Assembly: GCA_951406725.2 (NCBI GenBank)
Contig: OX597819.1
Location: 8,494,001-8,558,000 of the forward strand
Direction of reading: 5' to 3'
DNA length: 64,000 bases
Source of the DNA: Octopus vulgaris
Taxonomy: Eukaryota
The notes below the pieces were generated by a model. It was not told the DNA's origin, searched no databases, and saw only the letters and a program-made list of their open reading frames with translations. Of the stretch, positions 12,641 to 26,586 are shown one piece after another; within the stretch, counting starts at the first letter, position 1, and each line of letters begins with the position of its first letter. The position numbers and the translations under genes are program-made.

Positions 12641-12996
12641 TAGAAGAATGAGAGAAAGAACGAAACGAAGGAAGGAGGGAAGAGAGAGACGGAGACAGAT
12701 TAACAGAGAAAGAGAAAGAATGAGAAAAAATTAAGAGAAGAGAAGAGACGATCCATATATAGCAGCCAATGCTATAAAATATGGTCGTGACTTTGACTTA
12801 TATGATATAAACTGTATGTCCTAGAATACACGCATTGTAATGTTTCATTCATACATTTATCCATTCATAAAGTAATATCTACGTTAGTGATAGACAGGTG
12901 AACTCTCTTAATTAATGTTTTTGAATCTGGAGGATGGCTACTTGAAATTATTTTCAGCACGATTTTTCAGGGTTCGCTACACATTATATTGCTATT

Positions 12997-13384
12997 GGAG
13001 GCGCAACGGCCCAGTGGTTAGGGCAGCGGACTCGCGGTCATAGGATCGCGGTTTCGATTCTCAGACCGGGCGTTGTGAGTGTTTATTGAGCGAAAACACC
13101 TAAAAAGCTCCACGAGGCTCCGGCAGGGGATGGTGGTGATCCCTGCTGTACTCTTTCACCACAACTTTCTCTCACTCTTACTTCCTGTTTCTGTTGTACC
13201 TGTATTTCAAAGGGGCCGGCCTTGTCACTCTCTGTGTCACGCTGAATATCCCCGAGAACTACGTTAAGGGTACGCGTGTCTGTGGAGTGCTCAGCCACTT
13301 ACACGTTAATTTCACGAGCAGGCTGTTCCGTTGATTCGGATCAACCGGAACCCTCGTCGTCGTAACCGACGGAGTGCTTCCACA
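12997..13384 (+). mobile_element. tRNA-derived SINE family B, full length, 9-bp TSD
   Basis: tRNA-like head with A and B boxes; ends ...gtaaccgacggagtgcttcca. TSD attgctatt at 12988-12996 and 13385-13393. Confidence 0.9.
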
Positions 13385-13399
13385 ATTGCTATTCCAGCG

Positions 13400-13443
<44 letters not shown>

Positions 13444-13921
13444 GACAGACAGACAGACAGATCAATAGAAAGGTAAATGTATGTGTATGCAAGTATGAAT
13501 CCATTTACGCATCTTGTATGTAAGCCCTTCAGACACAACAATCTTCGATTATATTGATATTTTTTTTTTACTACAGACTTATTGTGTATGTTTATCAGTT
13601 TTTTTTTTTTCGTGTTTAGTAAGAAACAATGCCCTGCCTGTATCTAGTCACGTTTTGAAACCTGGTCACCCTCATCCTCTCATTGAAACATCATAGAGCC
13701 GTTGCATCGCTGCGTTTCGATGAAGGCTGCAAAGGATCAAGCGAATGATGCTAAAGTGAATAAAATCATTATTCTCTGATTTAAAATCATTTAACGCTTG
13801 ACAACTGCTTCACGAATGCTGTATCCCTGAATTGATTTTCGCTTTGTATTCTGCTATTAATATAACTTCCATACTTAATATTTTATTTTTAGTGCGTATA
13901 TGGGTGTGTATTTAATTCTTT

Positions 13922-14304
13922 GGAGGCGCAATGGCCCAGTGGTTAGGGCAGCGGACTCGCGGTCGTAGGATCGCGGTTTCGATTCCCAGACCGGGCGTTG
14001 TGAGTGTTTATTGAGCGAAAACACCTAAAGCTCCACGAGGCTCCGGCAGGGGATAGTGGTGATCCCTGCTGTACTCTTTCACCACAACTTTCTCTCATTC
14101 TTACTTCCTGTTTCTGTTGTACCTGTATTTCAAAGGGCCGGCCTTGTCACTCTCTGTATCACGCTGAATATCCCCGAGAACTACGTTAAGGGTACACGCG
14201 TATGTGGAGTGCTCAGCCACTTACACGTTAATTTCACGAGCAGGCTGTTCCGTTGATCGGGTCAACCGGAACGCTCGTCGTCGTAACCGACGGAGTGCTT
14301 CCAC
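13922..14304 (+). mobile_element. SINE family B, full length, 10-bp TSD
   Basis: Near-identical to the 12997 copy. TSD atttaattct at 13910-13919 and 14305-14314, so an independent insertion rather than a tandem duplication. Confidence 0.9.
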
Positions 14305-15139
14305 ATTTAATTCTATAACGTATGGCAGTGTTATGAAGAGATATGTTCTTTTTTACTTGACTTCCGCATTTTATAGTTCAAAGTTTTGCAACTATCCCTT
14401 GTTCTAAATGCATGGTAACCAACGGAAAACTGTTGTCCTTTGTGTCTGATGTAACAGTTAGTGTCGTAATGTTTGCAAATTTCTTCTCTTCATTTATATT
14501 TGTTCATTGTAACATTTACCAGTAGATGCTACGTGTTTCAGGTTAGTGGTTTCATGCTTTTGAGAAGCATTTTTTATTCGATGTACAAACTTACAAACAC
14601 ACACATACACACTCACAATTATTTATTTGCGTGTATGATGTATACCTATAAAAATATTAATACAGACATGCATGCATATGTATGCATGTATGTTTATATG
14701 GTTAAATGAAGACTATAATATATAAGGTAAGCGAATCTAAGATATTTTTCTGTAATTGAAATTAAAACCAAAATGAAAACACTATTCATTAGCGCTAATG
14801 AAAATTACTCAAAAGGCTGATGGAAGAGGAAACTATATATTCAGTTGAGCAGAAATTAAACAGAAATCAGCGTGATTGGGAGGTGTGAGTCCGGTCTTTG
14901 GTGTCTATAATGACAAATGCCAAAATCATAAGTAAAGTAAATCCAACCCTCTTATTTTATTTCAGGCCAATGTGACGAGCATTTAGATTTTGTATAATCA
15001 TAATTTCATTGAGCTTTGGTTGCATGATACTTCTGACAGCCGGCGCCACCACCGCTTTTTGTTGACACGGATTAAGTCATATTGTCGTTCTATGTTACTC
15101 CAATTCATCGGAGATCGAACGGCATTGTAGCAAATCCAT

Positions 15140-15174
<35 letters not shown>

Positions 15175-15897
15175 GACTAACTACTTTTAAGAAGGCACGG
15201 TATCATTTGAGGGAGGTTGGGCTACTATTTCTAGTAGGGAACACACAATGAAATAGAAGCCACGTCATGTTTCATTGGCGAGGATTCATCAATGCCCACC
15301 CTCTATGCTGCTCAATAAAACATGGTTGAAAGGCATTGAGCTAGAGTAACGAAACAAGACACAATGGATATGCAAACATATAATATGAAGCACATAATAA
15401 ATGTGTGATAAACGAATGATAAATGAGTGAGGTCACAATGATGAAGAGGAGTGTAACGGAGGGAATATAGAATATGGTCAACTGATTGCTTTAACCATTC
15501 ACCCATGGTTAATTTATTAACTGTATCGTATATTAATGAATGAATTGTACCGTATAAGTTATAGAGATGTAAAATAACATGAATAGTTTAATAGTTTCGT
15601 GAGAAGGCAAATAAATACCCAATGCGTCCGATAACCGATAACCGTATAACCGTATAATTAGCATGTTCATAAGCAAGCCGGGTATATGTGATTGTACATT
15701 TAGTATGGTATTAATGCCGAGTGAACAAAAATAAATATGAATAGAAGCAAGGGGAAAAAATAGTATATACATAAAGTTTACATTAAGCAAAACAGCTGAG
15801 TGCACTTCGTGTGTTGTTAAAGTATGACCTACACGTTTCACATTCTATCGAACATTCTATCGATCGATTCATTGATCGGTCTTAAAGCATGGAAATC

Positions 15898-15949
<52 letters not shown>

Positions 15950-15960
15950 TATATGTATGC

Positions 15961-15999
<39 letters not shown>

Positions 16000-16008
16000 T
16001 ATATATAC

Positions 16009-16039
<31 letters not shown>

Positions 16040-16059
16040 CGTATATATATATATATATA

Positions 16060-16204
16060 GCCACAGGAGTGGCTGTGTGGTAAGTAGTTTCCTTACAAAC
16101 ACATGGTTTCAGAATCAGTCCCACTGCGTGGCAATTTGGGCAAGTGCCTTCTTTTAGAGCCTCGGGCCGACCAAAGCCTTGTGAGTTGATTTGGTAGACA
16201 GAAG
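16060..16204 (+). mobile_element. SINE family A, 5' half
   Basis: caggagtggctgtgtggtaagtag...tcgggccgaccaaagccttgtgag. Confidence 0.75.
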
Positions 16205-16309
16205 TATATAATATATGCATCTGTGTGTGCAAATGAGTGCATACACACACGTTTATAATTCTTTCTCTCTCTTCCATTCTCTCTCTCCCTTTCTCTCTCT
16301 CTCTCTCTA

Positions 16310-16370
<61 letters not shown>

Positions 16371-16387
16371 GGGGATGTGTGTTTATG

Positions 16388-16435
<48 letters not shown>

Positions 16436-16445
16436 TACATATATA

Positions 16446-16534
<89 letters not shown>

Positions 16535-16675
16535 ACACGCATATTTCCCGTTTCTACGTCTTATTGTGGTGTCCTGTACTCACGTATAATTATTTATATA
16601 TGCATGTATATATACATTTAGATATAGGTACGTACATATATGTTTGTATGCATGCATATATTTTTATTTATCACA

Positions 16676-16716
<41 letters not shown>

Positions 16717-17137
16717 GTACTCTTCTCCGCACATACAACAATGTGTATGTATCTACGCATCTCTCTCTCTATATATATATCAAAGTATATGGCTGCTTAT
16801 CTTCGAAACTATGCTTCCGGAAACTGATCATGTTAAGTTTCACGTTACCGTTTATTCAGGCGCATTATTTGAATATTCACTGAATACTTTGAAGAATGGG
16901 CAATATGGAAATTAGGGCAAAGATTCACGGACTTTCCGCGTAAAGTGAAATGCATGTAAAATCTACTTTATGCGTTTCTAAGCACAACTATTCACTTTTT
17001 GGTATGTGTATATGAATGTGTTGACGCGTGCACATAGTATATATATATATATATAAATGCTCATGATTTATATATACATAAAATATGAACATACATATAT
17101 ATATATGTATGTATGCGTAGTTATATGGGTATTTATA

Positions 17138-17253
<116 letters not shown>

Positions 17254-17418
17254 TATATATGTATATATCTATAAGTGCATACATATATATATATATATAT
17301 ATATACCTATGTATATATATATATATATATACTTATATGTGTATACAAAATTGAGGACTGACCACTAAAAATGGACAGCCTATATGCTAGATATAGGCAT
17401 ATATATATATATATATGT

Positions 17419-17450
<32 letters not shown>

Positions 17451-17756
17451 GTGTGTGTGTATGTGTGTGTGTGTGTGTGTGCGTGTGTATGCATATACAT
17501 ATGTATATAAAAATATATATAAGAATATTATTATTCATAATTTAATTAATATCAGTGACTAGCATACCTAAAAACAGTGGTACGGGTATATCTGATTTTC
17601 AGGTACAATTCTTTTCGTCATTGCCCGTGCCCCCGACTTCACTATTGTGTATAACGGAAATCTGGTATTTGAGTCGCTATTTAAACGTGCTAATGCTACC
17701 CGTAGTACCCGTCATTATTAATTATAATATATATGTATGTACATAAATAAATATAA

Positions 17757-17801
<45 letters not shown>

Positions 17802-17836
17802 CATTGTATGTGTGTATGTATGTATATATGTATACA

Positions 17837-17909
<73 letters not shown>

Positions 17910-17968
17910 ATATATATATTTATAATTTATATATGCGTATAATGTGTATGTGTATTTATATATATGCA

Positions 17969-18001
<33 letters not shown>

Positions 18002-18017
18002 CTCTCTCTCTCTCTCT

Positions 18018-18101
<84 letters not shown>

Positions 18102-18653
18102 GAATGTATATATTTTTTTATGTATTAATTTGTTTGTACTAATCTTCTTACGAATATATATATGAGAGTGGAGCATGAGTGTGAGTGTGAGTGAGTATGT
18201 GCTTAATTTATTTGAACATAAATGAAATAATTATATTTCTCTCGTCTGCGTCTCCCAGTTGAGGTTGTATTAACGTGAAATATGAATATATTGTCTTTAA
18301 TCAATAAAACGTATCTATGCATGAATGGTATGTACAAGTGAAGTGTTTTTGAAGATAAGTAACTCGGGTGAAGTTGAATTCGCTACTAAATGTTGAGTAG
18401 TTTCTATTTCAAATATGATTTTGCTTCTTATTAACAAATATAGTAGTAAATGTTTCATACTTTCATTTGTTGACAAATTATAAACTATTATGAAATTAAT
18501 ATCCGTCCGAGGAGGAGATATATATGCCACAGAATCCGGTAAACCTTCTCGGGAGGGACATTTGATCACTTTCTTTACTAATGCATGTATACACATACAC
18601 ACATAGTCCTATACGCACATATACATATCTATCTATCCACCCATCCATGAGTG

Positions 18654-18734
<81 letters not shown>

Positions 18735-18765
18735 GAAAGTCGGGATGCGTTTGGTCAGTTACTCA

Positions 18766-19012
18766 ATAAATGAAAAATGCATTAACTACTACAAAACATA
18801 CACGTAGGACCCTATTTCTTCATTAGTTATCGAGCCCTCCTCATTCTATGGAAATCTTGCAGGTGCCGCCGATATACGAACTTTTCAGTCTTATCGTTAA
18901 AGGAACGAAACTGAGTATTAGTATTTTCTGTCGATAACTGATGAAGAATTAAGGTCCATCTGTGTCTGGCTGACGCGTACGTTTTGTAGTATTTAATGCG
19001 TTTTTCATTTAT
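18766..19012. repeat. Diverged inverted-repeat element between microsatellites
   Basis: Arm 18766-18833 pairs with 18931-19012 (ataaatgaaaaatgcattaa...ggaccctatttcttcattagttatcga versus tcgataactgatgaagaattaaggtcc...ttaatgcgtttttcatttat). Confidence 0.65.
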
Positions 19013-19026
19013 ACACACACACACAC

Positions 19027-19063
<37 letters not shown>

Positions 19064-19194
19064 TGTATGGTTTAATGCACAGATTATAAAGATAAGAGCT
19101 ACTAATAGTGTCATGCATTGGAGAGGCGAATCTAGGCAGTTTTTTATAATACGCCTGGTATCTTCCACCGACCTTGAGCCTCTGAGCACATGAC

Positions 19195-19577
19195 CTTTTA
19201 TTCTTTTACTTGTTTCAGTGTTTTGACTACGACCATGCTGGAGCACCACCTTTTAGTCGAGCAAATCGACAGCAGGACTTATTCTTTGTAAGCCTAGTAC
19301 TTATTCAATCGGTGTCTTTTTGCCGAACCGCTAAGTTAGGTGGACGTAAACACACCAGCATCGGATCTCAAGCGTTGTTGGAGGGGGGGGGACGAACATA
19401 CACACACGCTCATATATATATATACATATATGCAAAGGGCTTCTTTCAGTTTCCGTCTACCAAATCCACTCACAAAGCTTTGGTCGGCCCGAGGCTATAG
19501 TAGAAGACGCAGTGGGACTGAACCCGGAACCATGTGGTTGGTAAGCAAGCTACTTACCACACAGCCACTCCTGCGCC
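19195..19577 (-). mobile_element. SINE family A
   Basis: Reverse complement of family A with a small internal deletion. Confidence 0.85.
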
Positions 19578-19935
19578 TGTTCAATTTAATTTCAAATAGG
19601 CCATGTGCCCAGAGCCCGGAGATTGCTTCGAGGTACATACACACCTAGTTATAAGCAGACTCACGTATTCTCATATAGCGTTTACTGATCACTTTATGAT
19701 GATATCAAACGATATCGAAGAATATTCGCTGCTTTAAAATGTTACGTTGAGCACTGATAACACTAACTCTGACCGAACATTTGCATTAGATGTGTATATA
19801 TGACTTACGGTCCTTGTTAGCTACACATCTACGGTTGTATTTAGCTTTCCAGAATGACCAAATTATATCTCACACGCAAATTTCAGGCTCAAAACTTTAG
19901 TGGAGAACGTATTGTGTGTGTGTGTGTCTGTGTTA

Positions 19936-19983
<48 letters not shown>

Positions 19984-20175
19984 AAGCTGAACCCTTGTTA
20001 TAATTATGTATATAATTATAATTATATATATAATTATAAAATAATTTGTAAAATTTACATATAAAGTATAAGTATATATATATGCATTTATATAAGCATA
20101 TATATATATATATATACATATATTTATGTGTATATATATATATATATGTGTGCATGCATAGATATATATACATGC

Positions 20176-20213
<38 letters not shown>

Positions 20214-20600
20214 CTGTATATGTGAATGCTTTTGTATTTGTATGTCTACCTGTATAAATGAACACACCCCCAAACCCACGCAAACACACTCACACACTCT
20301 CATAAACATATACATACATACACATGCATTTATGTATACACACATAGACTGTTCTCCAAAAATTATACATGAATAAAAGATGATCACTTTATTGATTTCT
20401 AATGGAAATATCTGAAACGGCAGAGGTCAAAGTAATTGTCGTCGACTATATGTCATGTAACAAGCTAATAGAATTATTGCCAATTCATACACACACACAC
20501 ACACATATATATAAATATACACAAATATGTGCATACATACATGCATACGTATGTATATATAGACACTCATACATACATGTATATCTAGTTATATATGCAT

Positions 20601-20652
<52 letters not shown>

Positions 20653-20920
20653 TTGTATATATGTATATATGTGTATATATATATATACACACACACATAA
20701 ACATGCACATACGTATTTATATACATACACACGCATACACACACAGACACAAACAGACACAAATACACACACATACATATGTATATATAGAAAAATATAG
20801 ATTTAAATTTGTATATATGCTCCTGGATTCAGTCCCACTCCGTGACACTTTCGGCATGGACCGACCCAAGCCTAGAGAATGGATTCGTTTGATGGAAACT
20901 GAAATAACCCTGTCGTGGGT

Positions 20921-20951
<31 letters not shown>

Positions 20952-21007
20952 GGTTGTGTGTGTATATATACTTATATAAATAAGTATATACGCATACACA
21001 CACACAC

Positions 21008-21058
<51 letters not shown>

Positions 21059-21364
21059 CACACATATACATACATACATGACTTTTCTATAGAAATTAGA
21101 TATCTCCACCCTCAGACACGCACACACACGTGTGTGTATGTGTGTGTGAGTGTGTGTGCGCGTTACTCATTGTCAGTCACGAAGCCTAATACGAATATCT
21201 CTCTTGATCTCTTCCCCCTCTCTATACTAACAGAGAAGCAATTTATATTGACAATTGATGGATAAACATAAACAAACATACATATGTATGTATATATATG
21301 TGTGTGTGTGTGTATTTGTGTGTGTGTGTATGTTTGTGTTTATAATTTTATATTTCTATAATTT

Positions 21365-22438
21365 CATCCTTTTATTCGTTTCAGCCCTGCGGCTGCGGAT
21401 CTGCTGGAGCTCCACCGTGGTTTTGCTTATTTCCTCAGTCTTTGGTGTGTCACATAACCACCCTTGCATGTGCCTTTGTCCCGGCTGTTGGCTCATTTGG
21501 GGTATAAGGGAGTTTGATTCCCTCATTGCCCTCGTCATGTCGGGCTTTTGCTTCTTCCGTTATTGTGGAGAAGAGGATGTCTAGTTTCTTTTTGGAGACA
21601 TCTACTTCCACCTTATGCAGATCTCATAATTTTTGTGGCAAGGCATTGAAGAGCTGCGGGCCCATGAACTCTAGGTTAGTTAGTTAGTTAATTCTTTGGC
21701 TCAAAAAGCAAAAAGCAAGGCCATGTAGGGGGACATGGACTTATGTACAGGGTGGTGTTCAGGTAAAGAGTTCAGGCCACTTGTGGTTAAGGGAGACTTT
21801 GAACCGAGCGGTCGTCGGCATCTTCACCATCTCGTCTAGCAGCTTATTCCACGGATCCGCAAACCGGACGGAGAAAGCCCCTCTCCTTCGATTGAGATGA
21901 AATCGTCGCAGATAGAGCTTTTCGGAATGACCCCGCAGCCGACGCTCTGGAGCAGGAGTGAAGAACAGCTCTTTCGAGAGGTTACACTTTCCGCGTATGA
22001 TGTTGTGAGCAAGAATGAGATCACCACGGCGTCGTCGTTTTTCTAGAGAATAAAGGTCGAGCGTCGAGGTTATTGCAGTACTGAGTCCTGAATTTAGATG
22101 GAGTGGTTGGCACCTATGGTACAATAGAATGCCGTCAATTTCTGGCATTTCTGTAATACGCAATGTCGAAATTAGGTACTAGTCCTTCAAGAATTTTCCC
22201 TATGTAGATCATTACACATCTGACCCACCTTTGTTCAAGAGAGTAAAGTTTTTGTTCAGCCTCTCCTTGTAGGTCATCCACTACACTGTTTCAGTCTTTT
22301 TAGTGTAGTGGCATTGGACTGCTTCGAGCTTCAGTGTTACTTTGGCAGCATGTGGTGACCATAACTGGAAGAAGAAAGGTTGTCCACAGGGTCAACACAG
22401 CTTCTGGGACTCTTGTTTTGAAGGACCTTAGTATCTAT
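21365..22438 (-). mobile_element. Old CR1-group LINE 3' region (ORF2 C-terminus plus 3' end), interrupted by a younger CR1 insertion
   Basis: Minus-strand remnants ILRSFKTR..., [43 protein letters not shown]|LEFMGPQLFNALP, KKLD, with frameshifts and stops. Confidence 0.75.
21679..22066 (-). mobile_element. Young 5'-truncated CR1-type LINE with (TAAC)n tail
   Basis: Uninterrupted TLDLYSLEKRRRRGDLI...RGHSEKL...FSVRFADPWNKL...FKVSLN, the CR1 ORF2 C-terminal signature. Tail gttagttagtta; aggtta at both junctions (21673-21678, 22067-22072). Confidence 0.9.
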
Positions 22439-22440
22439 CT

Positions 22441-22496
<56 letters not shown>

Positions 22497-22574
22497 GTAT
22501 GTATGTATGTATGTATATACATACATACATACATATATATGTATGTATGTATGTATATATGTATATGTTTGAGT

Positions 22575-22742
22575 GTCTGTCGCTTGACAACAGCGGTGTG
22601 TTTACGCCCTCGTTAGCTAGCGGTTCGGCAAAAGTGATCAATAGAATAAGTACTAAACTTTCAAAAATAAGTTTTGAGGTAGATTGGCTCGACTAAAGAC
22701 GGTTCTCCAGCAAATGACTGGAACAAGTAAAAGAATAAAAGA
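22575..22742 (+). mobile_element. SINE family A, 3' half (diverged)
   Basis: gcttgacaacagcggtgtgtttac...tagcggttcggcaaaa...aaatgactggaacaagtaaaagaataaaaga. Confidence 0.7.
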
Positions 22743-22774
22743 ACACAGATATATATATACATATATATATATAC

Positions 22775-22817
<43 letters not shown>

Positions 22818-22994
22818 CATATACACACACACACGACATGCGCGCGCACACACTCACACACATATATGTATATACATACATAAAACCATATATAGAAATG
22901 TGCGTGTGTATGTATTTGTAAGTATGTATGAATATATATATGTATATCTATATCTATCAATATATCTATATATCTATCTATCTATCTATCTGTA

Positions 22995-23086
<92 letters not shown>

Positions 23087-23100
23087 CATACATACATACA

Positions 23101-23134
<34 letters not shown>

Positions 23135-23569
23135 CATACATACATACAAGCATACATACATATATACATATACACATGTGTATATATATATGAATATATC
23201 TACATGTGTGTGTGTGTGTGTGTGTAGTGGCGAGAGAGATAGTGAGGCACCAATTATGGTAAAATGGTACATAAATTGTTAAACAATAAATAGGCAAAGA
23301 CAAAAAGATTTCATCGATTTAACAATTTGTCTGAAGTATCCGGTCCTAATTCATTCGACAGAGCTTGTGGCAATAATCTGTTTATGTGTCTGCTTTTCTT
23401 TCTTTATTTCCCGGTCTGTTCCCCCACCTCTCTTCCCCGCGTTGTATCTTTCTGTGGAGTACTATATACATATAGAACCATGGCTATACACACATTTACG
23501 TCCATACAAACATACAGAGACATACGCACATACATATTTACGTGAATAGAGACAGACAGACAGATATAT

Positions 23570-23663
<94 letters not shown>

Positions 23664-23781
23664 GTGTGTATGTATTTATGTATGTGTGTGTGTCTTTCTT
23701 TTTGTCTATCAATTATACATCTGCCTGTCTGTCATTGATAGTTAGCTAGAGATAGACAAAAACACGCACACACAGATATAT

Positions 23782-23833
<52 letters not shown>

Positions 23834-24159
23834 CGAGAGAGAGAGAGAGAGAGAAATGCGGATAGATGGATAATTCTATCGACGGACAAAGGGAAGGAGA
23901 CTGAGGCATATCAAAATACCTTCTGGTGTTCCTATCTGTTGATATAATGGAATCCCGTATATTTGGTAGAATACTTAAAACACCGATTCAAAGAATTCGC
24001 GTCAGTTATTTCACATCTTTTCCTAATGATTTCAAATCTTGCCGACTTCAAATTTGACTTACACTGTTTTGGGGGCTAACATACCCTAACATACCAGTCA
24101 AGTTCTAAGGTTTTTAGTCCCCCACCTCAAATTTGAGACATTGTATCAATTCTAGAAAT

Positions 24160-24199
<40 letters not shown>

Positions 24200-24200
24200 C

Positions 24201-24443
24201 TTTACTTAAAGCAGCAGAAAATTCAACAAAACCTGTTACTCTGAGTTTCCCGTTGCCGTTCATCGGACAGTTTTTGCTAGAAATGCGGATAGAGGCAAAA
24301 ACTGTCTGATGAACGGCAACGGGAAACTCAGAGTAACAGGTTTTGTTGAATTTTCTGCTGCTTTAAATAAAGCATATTACTCTACCACTGGTATTTGAGT
24401 ACTCTTTTTCCCACCTTGTTTCACATTTATGTGTTTACTCCGG
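24201..24443 (+). mobile_element. Hammerhead-bearing inverted-repeat element, family H1, inserted in (TA)n
   Basis: 77-bp inverted arms at 24201-24277 and 24295-24371, 17-nt spacer, then a ~72-nt tail (gcatattactctaccactggt...ttactccgg). (TA)n on both sides. Homologues at 38713 and 55541. Confidence 0.85.
24302..24339 (+). ncRNA. Minimal type I hammerhead ribozyme
   Basis: Stem I ctgt/acag; CUGAUGA at 24306-24312; stem II a-cg-GCAA-cg-g (A.G at the first pair); GAAA; stem III ACUC-A-GAGU; GUA cleavage predicted after 24335. The mirror copy in the left arm has CCGAUGA. Confidence 0.75.
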
Positions 24444-24545
24444 TATATATATATATATATATATACAAGAAAGAATATATATATAATTCGCTAACCATTT
24501 AGATGGTATTTTAATAATACCATCCTATATATATATATATATATA

Positions 24546-24663
<118 letters not shown>

Positions 24664-25458
24664 AGAGAAATATTTACAGTTAGAAAATTGCTTGAGAAAC
24701 AAATATTGAAACCTACTAATAACTATAGTGAGGACCGGTGCAATCTGTTAATTGATCGTACATTAGTAACATCGTTACACCCCGTTGGGTCACAAAGCAT
24801 ATAGTTATCAGTGATATATGTAGGTAGATAGAATAAATTTTCTACCCTCACACAAACCTTTTATTATGGCTGGTAAACATAAGGATAAATACATTTGTAA
24901 AGATAGATACATTTATAAATTTCTTTACGAAACAGAAATATTTAGTATATAACATAAATGATCGACATCGGTTTCTGCTCTCCATTTTTATGTCGATGTA
25001 CCACGGTGTGTCACGTTAGTCCATCATAGCCAATCTTACAAATGTAATGATGTATCAGAGAAAAGAAAATTACTATAAACGATCTCATTAATAAAATATA
25101 TGTGTTATTGCTTATAATGCAAGATGCACGAGTCTAGTTATTTTATAGTTAAAAGGTATATTATTTTGAAGAAGCAATAAAAAAAATACATCCGCATGAA
25201 TAAATCAAGAAGTCTATGTAACGGAAGGGATACATAATATATACATACACACATATACACAAGCATATACACACACACACATACATACATACATACATAC
25301 ATACATACATACATACATACATACACACATACATACATATTTATATATATACATACATATATATATATATATACACACACACACAAATATGTACGTATCT
25401 ATATTCGAATATATATGTATATATAAATACATATATATATATACATGTATATGCATGT

Positions 25459-25497
<39 letters not shown>

Positions 25498-25510
25498 CAT
25501 ACAAACATAC

Positions 25511-25562
<52 letters not shown>

Positions 25563-25729
25563 GTATATATACATATAGCATAAATACATATACATATTTA
25601 TACATACATACATATACACATGAATCTATTTATATTTATATTTATATATTTATGTTAACATATATATATGCATGCATGAATATATATATGTGCACATTTA
25701 TACTTATACACATATGTACGTATATATCA

Positions 25730-25766
<37 letters not shown>

Positions 25767-26242
25767 GTATATATATATATATATATACATACTTAAATAC
25801 ATACAGACATCCATACGCACATATATACATAATCATTTGTGCGCGCGCGCGTGTGTGTGTCTGTGTCTGTGTGTCTATCCCAGAATCCAACCATAAAGTT
25901 AGGAATATTCAGTCACTCATATATGCATGAACATGTGGAGCATGCACGCACCACGCGTACACACACGGACACACACACACATACATACATACACATACAC
26001 TCACTCACATCACAGACAGACACATACGCACACACGTACTCGCATTCATCACACATAAGCACACAAATAAATATTTTATGTGTAAATGTGATACCTACGA
26101 CATTGTACATCGGAAGATGTTAAAACTTGTATATGAACATGAAAGAATGTTAATGCCAAATTCCTATACCTTCGAATTCCCATACACATACCTAGAAAGT
26201 GTCATGGACTTATCCACACATGAGTTTATCTCTAATATCTTG

Positions 26243-26586
26243 TTGCAGTCATTAGACTGCGGCCATGTTGGGGTAACGCCTTGAATTTTTAGTCGAATCA
26301 ATCGACAATAGTAAGCCTGGCACCTATTCTATCGATTTATTTAAGTTACGCTGACTTAAACACACCAAAATCGGTTGTTGGGCGAAGAAACATAGACACA
26401 AAGAAATACACAAACAGGTTGTATACACGTATATACGACGGGCTTCTTTCAGTTTCCGCTACCAAATTTACTCACAAGGCCTTGATCAGCCGGAGGCCAT
26501 AGTAGAAGACACTTGCCCAAGGTGTCACGCAGTGTGACTGAACCCGGAAACATGCGATTGAGAAGCAAATTTCCTACCACAGAGCC
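26243..26586 (-). mobile_element. SINE family A (diverged)
   Basis: cagtcattagactgcggccatg...ggcttctttcagtttcc...gaagacacttgcccaaggtg...gactgaacccggaa. Confidence 0.75.

Noticed and set aside
12997-13070. tRNA-like cloverleaf with A and B boxes
   Set aside because: The acceptor stem does not close and the sequence continues into a SINE body flanked by TSDs; not a tRNA gene.
13079-14256. Recurrent ORFs such as MFIERKHLK..., MPRSGTEPGT..., MLQHGRSQMTETSK...
   Set aside because: They fall inside tRNA-derived SINE copies and recur only because the SINEs do.
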